This document shows positions 8,501 to 14,530 of a stretch of 14,530 nt of DNA, one piece after another. Every line of letters begins with the position of its first letter. Positions within the stretch are counted from its first letter, which is position 1. Both the position numbers and the translations under genes were made by a program. The notes beneath the pieces were generated by a model, which searched no databases, was not told where the DNA came from, and worked only from the letters and a program-made list of their open reading frames with translations. Source of the stretch: Archangiaceae bacterium (GTDB lineage Bacteria; Myxococcota; Myxococcia; Myxococcales; Myxococcaceae); assembly GCA_043750125.1 (NCBI GenBank), contig JAYVCD010000009.1, forward strand, positions 1 through 14,530. The letters are read 5' to 3'.

Positions 8501-11210
8501 TCAGCGCATCACCAAGGCCACCTCGGCCACGGACGACGTTGAGAGCGCGCGGCTGATCTGGACGCCCAGCTCGGACTGGCGCCGGCTCGCAGTGTCCGTC
8601 ACCGACCACCGCTGGCTGGGCCCGGATCTTCCCAAGCCGAGCGACATTCAGCTGACCTCTCCTGCGCTGCGGGTCGCTTCGACGGGGAACTTCGGTTTCA
8701 CGTTCCAGAATCGTTACCAGTTCGAAGGCGCCGCTCCGACGTACTTCGACGGCGCGGTGATTGAGATCAGCACCGACGACGGCCAGACCTGGACCGACGT
8801 GGGAGCCGCCGCGCTCACTCCGAGCTACGGCGGAACCTTGAACCTCGGCGGCGGAAACCCGCTCGAGGGCAAGGACGCGTTCGTCGGCAACAGCCCCACC
8901 TACCCTGCGCTGATTACCCAGACCGTCGCGTTGGGGACGCAGTTCCAGGGCCAGACGGTGCGGGTCCGTTTCCGCGTCGGCTCGGACGAAGGCACCAGCG
9001 CCAGTGGCTGGGAAATCGACGACATCGCCTTCACCGGGATCCTCAACACTCCGTTCGACACCGTCACGGTCTCGCCCGGAACCTGTGTTCCGAACGCCGT
9101 TGCGCCCCAGGCCTATGCAGGCCCGCCGCAGCTGGTCGCACAGAACGTCGCGGTCACGCTCGACGGCTCGGGCAGCTCTTCGCCCAACGCTCAGGCGCTG
9201 ACCTACACCTGGCTTCAGACCGGCGGGCCGACCGTCGCGCTCAGCACCCCGGTGCCTGCGAAGCCCACGTTCACCAGCCCCGCGCTGATTGCCACCTCGA
9301 CGACGGCGGCGACCCTCGCGGTCCTGACGTTCCAGCTCACCGTCAACGATGCCACGGCTATAAGCCCGCCTTCGTTCGTCACGGTGACGGTACGAAATCC
9401 GAACCGCAAGCCGGTGGCAGTCGCGGGCATCGCCCAGACCGTCAATGAGCGCGCGACGGTGACGCTCGATGGCAGCGGCACGGACGCAGACACCGGAACG
9501 GTGCTGACCTTTGCCTGGACCCAGACCGCCGGGCCGACCGTGACGCTTTCGAGCGCGACGGCAGCTGCGCCGACCTTCACCGCACCCGACGTCACGGCCG
9601 ACACGACGCTCACCTTCTCTCTGGTGAGCAACGACGGGTCGGTGAGCAGCGCACCTGCGAGCGTGAGCGTGGTGGTCAAGAGCGTCAACCGCGCTCCGGT
9701 GGCCAACGCGGGAACGGCGCAGTCGGTGGCCGAGCGTTCGGTGGGGACCCTCAACGGCGCAGCGAGCGCCGATGCCGATGGTGATTCGCTCACCTACGCG
9801 TGGACCCAGACCGCCGGCCCGAGTGTCGGGCTGGTCGGAGCCACGACGGCGAGCCCGACGTTCGCAGCGCCAGACGTGACGGCCGCGGTGACGTTGACGT
9901 TCCAGCTGGTGGTCAATGACGGTCAGCTCAACAGCGCCCCGTCGACGGTCGACGTGACGGTCACCAACGTCAATCGCGCCCCGGTGGCGAACGCCGGAAT
10001 CCCCCACGCGGGCGACGAGCGGTCGACGACGACGGTCAACGGCAGCGCCAGCTCGGATCCTGACGGCTCTGCGCTGACCTACCTGTGGACCCAGACCGCG
10101 GGCCCGACTGCGACGCTGAGCAGCGCCACCGTTGCAGTTGCGACGGTGAACCTGCCCGACGTGACCGCGGACACCGTGCTGACCTTCAGCCTGGTGGTGA
10201 ATGACGGGACGACGGCGAGCGCCCCTGCGACGGTGAACATCACCGTGCGTGACGTGAACCGCATTCCGGTTGCAAATGCCGGCCCCGCGGCTTCGGTCAA
10301 CGCGCGAGCGGCTGGAAAGCTCGACGGCACGGCCAGCATGGATCCCGACGGCGACACTCTGACCTACGCCTGGAGCCAGGTGGGCGGGCCCGACGTGGTG
10401 CTGAAGACCAGCAGCAGCAGTGGCCCCACGTTCGCTGCGCCTGACGTGGCGACCGACACGAACCTCACGTTCCAGTTGGTGGTCAACGACGGCAAGCTGA
10501 ACAGCGCGCCTTCGAGCGTGGTCATCTCGGTGAAGAAGACCAATCGGGCCCCGGTGGCGATTGCCGGGCCGGCCCAGATGGTCGATGCGCGCAGCAAGGT
10601 GGACCTCGACGGAAGTGCCAGCACGGATCCAGACGGGAATGCGCTCACCTACGCGTGGACCCAGGTCGGTGGAACGATGGTGACGCTCGATGGGGCCACC
10701 AGCGCTCACACCAGCTTCACGGCTCCTGACGCCGCGCTCGGCACGGTGCTCGAGTTCGAGCTGGTGGTGAACGACGGAACGCTTTCGAGCGCCCCGTCCA
10801 GGGTGGCAATCACCCTGAGCCGTTCGGGCAACCGGGCGCCGATCGCCGATGCAGGCAAGGCAGCCTCGGCAGCGGTGAAGCAGCTGGTGACGCTCGACGG
10901 GTCGGCCAGCTCGGATCCCGATGGAGACCCACTGACGTTCGCCTGGACCCAGACCGGCGGTCGCCCCGTGGGCCTGGTCGGCGGCACTACCGCCAAGCCG
11001 ACCTTCACCGCTCCGGACGGAGCGGCGGGGACGACGATTACCTTCCAGCTGCTCGTCAGCGATGGGCAGAGGGTGAGCGCTCCGGCGACCGTGTCGATCG
11101 AGATCACCAGTGGCGGGGGCGGCTGCAACGCGGCGGGCGGAGGCTTTGGACAGCCCCTGCTGGCTGCAGCAGCGCTGCTGTTGACGCGGTTGCGTCGCCG
11201 GCGCTCGTAG
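5592..11210 (+). CDS. Myxosortase-dependent M36 (fungalysin-family) metallopeptidase with propeptide, PA domain, beta-sandwich modules, 7 PKD-like repeats and MYXO-CTERM
   Basis: RBS GAGGGG at 5581-5586 before ATG 5592. Lipobox FAAC. FTP/PepSY-like propeptide. M36 motifs: YDSGFNE..GNGQ, NNANMSTPADG..PRMQMYLF, HEWGH (7461-7475), GMGEGWAD, GIRRYPYS, EVHNTGEIW. PA insert GKIAFINRGTCGFVTKVEAAQAAGAIGVII. C-terminus GGGGCNAAGG...LLAAAALLLTRLRRRRS. Confidence 0.92.
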   Translation: MKSLIACSLLFFAACSVPTGAPASGNFEALANSPVRAVVPVANPALVKQGSVLHHEERLGLPTFLWAPAAVPGFERAVIAPAEVEAAARAHLMRYAAIYGQSDASLKTARLLEVHDTGRGGLIARFGQQINGIEVFRDEMKVLLSRDLNLVAISGYLPNELRAAPFKLAASSAIASAVLDATGKVVDAAAWHLTAQVGGHYTRYEMDGAAALKLSSVRLKPVYYHLAAGLEPAFYLELDAPNAETQGTEPVSYVVSAVDGRTLMRNALSVDASFSYRTWAETSGKFRPMDGPQGFAPTPNPTGLPDGFQAPFLAPSLVSLTNAGLSTNDPWLPAGATETNGNNAEAYLDLFAPDGFSPGDFRIPVSSPGNFDYTVNLALPPSGVSSTGALTQQYGVGTTLFYIVNFLHDWYYDSGFNEIAGNGQLVNHGRGGLEGDSLKIEAQDFSGRNNANMSTPADGARPRMQMYLFDGLTNNKVTALTPPSLAADYAVGSASWGPLSFSLTGTVVVSAPLDGCTAFTNDVVGKIAFINRGTCGFVTKVEAAQAAGAIGVIIGNVATSGAAATPPGMGGTPVGTVTIPSLSLAVASADSFRTALAAGAVTATLSRPTVTDRDGALDAQIVAHEWGHYISNRLIGDANGLSNSLARGMGEGWADFHAMLLSVRQEDSLVAGNTQFEGVYAMAGFSTASFSKSPYYFGIRRYPYSTDMTKNPLTYKHIENGQALPAASVAPINPVSAPNAEVHNTGEIWASALWECYAALLRDVVNNTSGRGLTFDQAQLRMKDYIVASYKMTPSTPTMVEARDAVLAVAYARDLVDYRLFAIAFAKRGLGANAGSPDRFSSTNQGATEDYTPAIGLAYLGSAVDDSITSPCGSNGSLENGETGLLHVTLKSNLANALPGSTATVSSSTAGVTFPSGTTLTFPSAPPLGVANGTMPIAVTGLTGTKLDFTINVTNPITGTAAFTFSTVANQRITKATSATDDVESARLIWTPSSDWRRLAVSVTDHRWLGPDLPKPSDIQLTSPALRVASTGNFGFTFQNRYQFEGAAPTYFDGAVIEISTDDGQTWTDVGAAALTPSYGGTLNLGGGNPLEGKDAFVGNSPTYPALITQTVALGTQFQGQTVRVRFRVGSDEGTSASGWEIDDIAFTGILNTPFDTVTVSPGTCVPNAVAPQAYAGPPQLVAQNVAVTLDGSGSSSPNAQALTYTWLQTGGPTVALSTPVPAKPTFTSPALIATSTTAATLAVLTFQLTVNDATAISPPSFVTVTVRNPNRKPVAVAGIAQTVNERATVTLDGSGTDADTGTVLTFAWTQTAGPTVTLSSATAAAPTFTAPDVTADTTLTFSLVSNDGSVSSAPASVSVVVKSVNRAPVANAGTAQSVAERSVGTLNGAASADADGDSLTYAWTQTAGPSVGLVGATTASPTFAAPDVTAAVTLTFQLVVNDGQLNSAPSTVDVTVTNVNRAPVANAGIPHAGDERSTTTVNGSASSDPDGSALTYLWTQTAGPTATLSSATVAVATVNLPDVTADTVLTFSLVVNDGTTASAPATVNITVRDVNRIPVANAGPAASVNARAAGKLDGTASMDPDGDTLTYAWSQVGGPDVVLKTSSSSGPTFAAPDVATDTNLTFQLVVNDGKLNSAPSSVVISVKKTNRAPVAIAGPAQMVDARSKVDLDGSASTDPDGNALTYAWTQVGGTMVTLDGATSAHTSFTAPDAALGTVLEFELVVNDGTLSSAPSRVAITLSRSGNRAPIADAGKAASAAVKQLVTLDGSASSDPDGDPLTFAWTQTGGRPVGLVGGTTAKPTFTAPDGAAGTTITFQLLVSDGQRVSAPATVSIEITSGGGGCNAAGGGFGQPLLAAAALLLTRLRRRRS
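9099..11108 (+). repeat. Seven tandem ~95-aa PKD/K319L-like Ig-fold repeats within the M36 gene
   Basis: NRxPVAxAG...TLDGSxSxDPDGxxLTYAWTQTxGP...PTFTAP...LTFQLVVNDG units start at about 9099, 9402, 9687, 9972, 10257, 10542 and 10830. The period is 285 nt for units 2-6, and 288 nt to unit 7. Confidence 0.92.
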
Positions 11211-11227
11211 TTAGAAGGGTCGGTCTT

Positions 11228-12496
11228 TCATTTCATCCGCGCCCAGACGGCCTTCGCCGCCTGGCGCGCGTGGTCCGCGAGGTCGTCGATCTTGACGGCC
11301 AGCACTTTGCGCGACCACAACCGCCACACCCCGTCGACCATCACCGATTCGACGTGACGCGCCGAGAGCCCATGAATCAGGTGGGCCTCGAGGGTCGACG
11401 CCTCGAGCGATGTCGGAGGGCGGTAATCGAGAATCATCAAATCGGCGAGCGCGCCAGGCTGCAGCGGCCCAAGCGAAGCTCCAAATGCCGCCGAAGCGAG
11501 GCGATGGCCGTTGGCGAGAAAGCGCAGCGCGTCGATCGGTTGGCCCGCGTCGCGCGACTTGAGCCAGGCGGTCTGCACTTCCGCGAACACGTCCAGCGAC
11601 ATCGCGTCGGTGCCCAGGCAGCCGCGAACTCCGAACTTTCCGGCAGTCGCATTCCCGGTCTGGGTGAACATGTTGCTGCGCGCCGAGTGCACCAGCCACG
11701 CCCCGGACCCCAGCAGCGCGGCGAGGTCTTCCCAGGACAGATGCACCGCCTGGGCGAGAATGGTGCGCTCGCCGATCAACCCGAATTCCTGCAGCCGCGA
11801 CAGCGGCGACTTCTTGAAATTCTCGGTCGAGGTGCGCTCTTCGGCTGCGTCTTCCGCCAGCCCCAACTGCAAGAAGGCCCGGGCTGCGTCGAGCACTCCT
11901 TTGACGCCCTCGAGCGCATCTTTCGAGATGAGCTCGAGATCCGAGAGCGCCACCGAGCCACGAAACCGACCGCGCGCGTGCTTGACGTAGTCCAGACACT
12001 CTTCGAGTCCTTCTTCCCGGCCCATCGCTCCGAGGCGATCTGACACCTGGTACCCGAGCACGGCGCGCAAGCCCACCCGGCCCAGTCCGTGCGCGACCCG
12101 GGACAGCGAGCCGCCGATGTGGTTGGGCGAGGCGTGAAGGTTGAAGACGGTGGTGACGCCCGACAGCAGCCCTTCGACTGCGCCACACGCGGCGGCGGCC
12201 TCGATGTCGTCGGGCTCGAGCGCCGCTTCGAGCTTTTGCAGCGCCTGGCTTTCGGCGGCAAACCCAACGCCGGGGCGCGCAAGTCCCCGCATCAGCGACG
12301 CGTGCAGGTGGTGGTGCGCGCTGACCAACCCCGGCATCACCAGCTTCCCGTCGAGAAACAGAACCTCGTCGCCCGGAAGCTCATCGACGGTGAGCCCCCG
12401 CTGCACAATCTGGCCATGCTCGATTCGAAGAGAGCCCGTCTCGACCGATGCCGGCTCGAGCTCGACCAGAGTTCCGCCTTTGAGAACAGTGGCCAA
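11228..12496 (-). CDS. Amidohydrolase-superfamily protein, SsnA-like, with degenerate metal/catalytic motifs
   Basis: GKLVMPGLVSAHHHLH, GVTTV, HASP..IGGSL, GLRAVLGYQVSDR.G, LGTD, G.LQPGALADL, VESVMVDG. The start is TTG 12496 (MATVLKGG) or TTG 12508; I favour 12496 because 12508 overlaps the candidate -10 element. Confidence 0.85.
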   Translation of the reverse strand: MATVLKGGTLVELEPASVETGSLRIEHGQIVQRGLTVDELPGDEVLFLDGKLVMPGLVSAHHHLHASLMRGLARPGVGFAAESQALQKLEAALEPDDIEAAAACGAVEGLLSGVTTVFNLHASPNHIGGSLSRVAHGLGRVGLRAVLGYQVSDRLGAMGREEGLEECLDYVKHARGRFRGSVALSDLELISKDALEGVKGVLDAARAFLQLGLAEDAAEERTSTENFKKSPLSRLQEFGLIGERTILAQAVHLSWEDLAALLGSGAWLVHSARSNMFTQTGNATAGKFGVRGCLGTDAMSLDVFAEVQTAWLKSRDAGQPIDALRFLANGHRLASAAFGASLGPLQPGALADLMILDYRPPTSLEASTLEAHLIHGLSARHVESVMVDGVWRLWSRKVLAVKIDDLADHARQAAKAVWARMK

Positions 12497-12506
12497 ACGG
12501 GGCTTC

Positions 12507-12515
12507 AAAATATCA
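12507..12515 (-). promoter_or_regulatory. Candidate extended -10 element for the amidohydrolase gene
   Basis: The minus strand reads TGATATTTT (TGnTAnnnT), ending 10 nt before TTG 12496. There is no Shine-Dalgarno, consistent with a very short leader. Confidence 0.35.
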
Positions 12516-12595
12516 GTGCCGCTTCTTCAGCTGCTGTCCGACTTCCAGCCAGATCGACGCTCTGAGGTGTCGCGCCGCGCTGTCGTCAGGTCCCC

Positions 12596-12620
12596 CACTG
12601 GCGTTTACCTGGTGCCAGTG
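12596..12620. promoter_or_regulatory. Inverted repeat upstream of the S1 protease gene
   Basis: CACTGGC (12596-12602), N11, GCCAGTG (12614-12620): perfect 7-bp arms ending 13 nt before ATG 12634. Confidence 0.3.
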
Positions 12621-12633
12621 CCAAGCAGCTCTG

Positions 12634-14115
12634 ATGACAGTGACGCACACGTTGTTCGGGTCCCGCGCGCTGCGCACGTCGCTGCTGGGCGCGGCGTGTC
12701 TGGTTGCGGTGGGCTGTGGCTTGCCGGCTGGAAGTGCAGATGAGGTTCAGAGCCAGCGGGATGAAATCGTGGGCGGAATGACCGACACCGCAGACCCGGC
12801 GGTGGTCGCCTTGACAGTGCAAGGCCAGGAGTTCTGCACCGGAACGTTGGTGGCTCCGATGACGGTGCTGACCGCCGCGCACTGCATCAACGTGTATGGA
12901 ACCCAGGCCCCGTATTACGCCTCGTTCGGCACGTACGCTTCGCAGCCGACGCAGCGGGTGAAGATCGTCGCCCAGTTCGCCGACCCGCTGTACAACAAGG
13001 CGGTCGGCACCTCGCATGACTTCGGACTGATGCAGCTGCAGACCGCCGTTCCGGGCGTGAGCCCGATCTCGATGAACGCGGCGCCGATGAACGCGACCCA
13101 GGTGGGACTGCCGATTCGCCACGCAGGCTTCGGGATCACCAGCGGAGGCGGCACGGGTGGGGGAACGAAACGAGAAGTCACCTACCCCGTGCGCCAGGTC
13201 TCAACGGCGTTGATTGAATCGGGCGCGACCGGAAAGCAGACCTGCAGCGGAGATTCCGGTGGGCCGGCGTTCATGGTGATGCCGGGAAGCACGGTCGAGA
13301 GCGTGGTGGGCGTCGTCAGCTTTGGCGACCAGAACTGCAGCCAATTCGGCTCGGACGGCCGGGTCGACGTGGCGCTCGGGTGGATCAGCCAGACGATGGG
13401 GGGGTGGGAAGGGCCGACCTGCGCGACCGATGGGCGCTGCAAGGCGGGGTGCATGCCGGTGGACCAGGACTGCGCCTGCGTCGCCGACGGCGCCTGCAAT
13501 CCGGACTGCGCCGATGTGCTCAAAGATCCCGATTGCCCCAGAAACTGCGCCCCCAACGGAATCTGCGCGTTGGAGCCGTGCCCCCGTCCGGATCCAGACT
13601 GCGTCGCTGAAGGCGGCACCTGTGCGAACGCGCTGCAGTGCAAAGGGCGGGTCTGCACCAACGACGACCAACACCCGACTCTCAGCTACTGCAGCCTGCC
13701 CTGCACCGCCTCGAGCGGATCCTGCGGGACCGGAATGGAATGCGCCCCCACGGGCCTCTGCCTGCTGAAGAGCAAGCCGGTGCAGCCTTTGGGAGCCGTC
13801 TGCACTGCGGCGGATTTTTGCAGTCAGAGCTCGGTTTGCACCGGCCCCATCGCCGGAGGAACCACCCGCTGCGTCCAGGGCTGCACGGTGCAAAGCGATT
13901 GCCCCATCGACACCACGTGCGAAGGAGGCGCCGACGGCCAGCGTTTCTGTCGCGCCCCCGAGTCGGCGCAGCGGTTCAAGAACATCGTCCTCGAGCGGGC
14001 CACCGCCGACGGTCCCGCCGCCTCGGCAGGCTGCGCTGCCACCGGACTGGGCGACCTGTCGATGCTGGGTCCGTTGCTGGGAGGCCTCTTTCTTATTCGC
14101 CGGCGCCGATCTTGA
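12634..14115 (+). CDS. S1 (chymotrypsin-family) serine protease lipoprotein with Cys-rich region and MYXO-CTERM-like tail
   Basis: Lipobox-like VAVGC and IVGG at 12766. Complete catalytic triad: CTGTLVAPMTVLTAAHC, HDFGL, TCSGDSGGP (Ser at 13255). A 28-Cys region follows. Tail AGCAATG...LLGGLFLIRRRRS. Confidence 0.92.
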   Translation: MTVTHTLFGSRALRTSLLGAACLVAVGCGLPAGSADEVQSQRDEIVGGMTDTADPAVVALTVQGQEFCTGTLVAPMTVLTAAHCINVYGTQAPYYASFGTYASQPTQRVKIVAQFADPLYNKAVGTSHDFGLMQLQTAVPGVSPISMNAAPMNATQVGLPIRHAGFGITSGGGTGGGTKREVTYPVRQVSTALIESGATGKQTCSGDSGGPAFMVMPGSTVESVVGVVSFGDQNCSQFGSDGRVDVALGWISQTMGGWEGPTCATDGRCKAGCMPVDQDCACVADGACNPDCADVLKDPDCPRNCAPNGICALEPCPRPDPDCVAEGGTCANALQCKGRVCTNDDQHPTLSYCSLPCTASSGSCGTGMECAPTGLCLLKSKPVQPLGAVCTAADFCSQSSVCTGPIAGGTTRCVQGCTVQSDCPIDTTCEGGADGQRFCRAPESAQRFKNIVLERATADGPAASAGCAATGLGDLSMLGPLLGGLFLIRRRRS

Positions 14116-14150
14116 ATTGATCTTCAGCGAAGACGAATGGGAGGCCGGGC

Positions 14151-14530
14151 ATGAGCAGACGGGTCGCACTCGCCATCTGCGCGCTGACGATGGCCTGCGG
14201 CCCGGTGTTCGATTCGGGTGACGCGAAACTTTCGCGCTCGGCGATCGTCGGCGGCATTCTCGACCTGGCCGACCTCCAGGTGTTCGAGCTGAAGATTGCG
14301 GGACTTCCCACAGGCAGCGGGAACTGCAGCGCGACGTTGATTGGAGCCCGGACCCTGCTCACTGCCGCACACTGCGTCGACCCGCGCAGGTTCGGCGCTT
14401 CGTCCCTGGTGATCCTCGCCACGAACAAGACCGACAGCGCGACCGCGACCGCGGCCGATTTCATCAAGGTGGTCGAGACGCGCTTTCATCCCGCGTGGAC
14501 CTCGCTGTCGGTGGACAACGACATCGCGGT
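14151..14530 (+). CDS. Second S1 serine protease lipoprotein (5' part only)
   Basis: GGAGG about 6 nt before ATG 14151. My translation is MSRRVALAICALTMACGPVFDSGDAKLSRSAIVGG...GNCSATLIGARTLLTAAHCVD...RFHPAW...DNDIA, which includes the lipobox, IVGG and the His and Asp motifs. It runs off the window and is absent from the ORF track. Confidence 0.9.
   Translation, partial: MSRRVALAICALTMACGPVFDSGDAKLSRSAIVGGILDLADLQVFELKIAGLPTGSGNCSATLIGARTLLTAAHCVDPRRFGASSLVILATNKTDSATATAADFIKVVETRFHPAWTSLSVDNDIA

Noticed and set aside
8487..10709. 740-aa minus-strand ORF and other long overlapping ORFs (e.g. 5772-6875, 1910-2905, 4161-5225, 11211-12188, 13201-14169)
   Set aside because: They are Arg/Gly/Pro-rich, motif-free shadow or off-frame ORFs overlapping well-supported genes.
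9099..11108. Regularly spaced DNA repeats as a CRISPR array or mobile repeat
   Set aside because: The 285-nt period is in frame and divergence is mostly synonymous, so these are protein domain repeats. There are no cas genes.
11211..11227. Intrinsic terminator between the convergent M36 and amidohydrolase genes
   Set aside because: The gap is only 17 nt and has no convincing stem plus U-tract.
11228..12496. Calling the amidohydrolase a pseudogene or naming it ssnA
   Set aside because: The frame is intact and full length, so it is not a pseudogene. The altered active site and lack of purine/selenium gene context do not justify the symbol.
12599..12624. Sigma-54 promoter suggested by TGGC/TGGCAC motifs upstream of the S1 gene
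   Set aside because: The required GG-N10-GC spacing is not met on either strand (N12 found).

Overview
GC-rich bacterial DNA, almost certainly from a myxobacterium (Myxococcota), judged by two proteins with MYXO-CTERM-type C-termini. It holds ten CDSs. From left to right: a 3'-truncated dusB on the minus strand (missed by the ORF track); a plus-strand run of an M50 site-2 protease with TPR tail, a delta-9-type acyl desaturase, an ECF sigma factor and a ZAS+NrsF (DUF1109)-type anti-sigma; a convergent, apparently exported BCP/PrxQ peroxiredoxin; a 1872-aa M36 metallopeptidase with PA insert, seven PKD-like repeats, a lipobox and MYXO-CTERM; a convergent SsnA-like amidohydrolase with a degenerate active site; and two tandem S1 serine-protease lipoproteins, the second running off the window. 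I found no RNA genes, CRISPR arrays or mobile elements. The best leads are three. (1) A surface protease cluster whose members carry both an N-terminal lipobox on a removable propeptide and a C-terminal MYXO-CTERM, suggesting anchor hand-off and possibly a zymogen cascade. (2) A candidate envelope-redox/lipid ECF module with a probable autoregulatory promoter. (3) A probable pseudo- or neo-functional amidohydrolase. All family calls come from motif recognition by eye; no database search was run.
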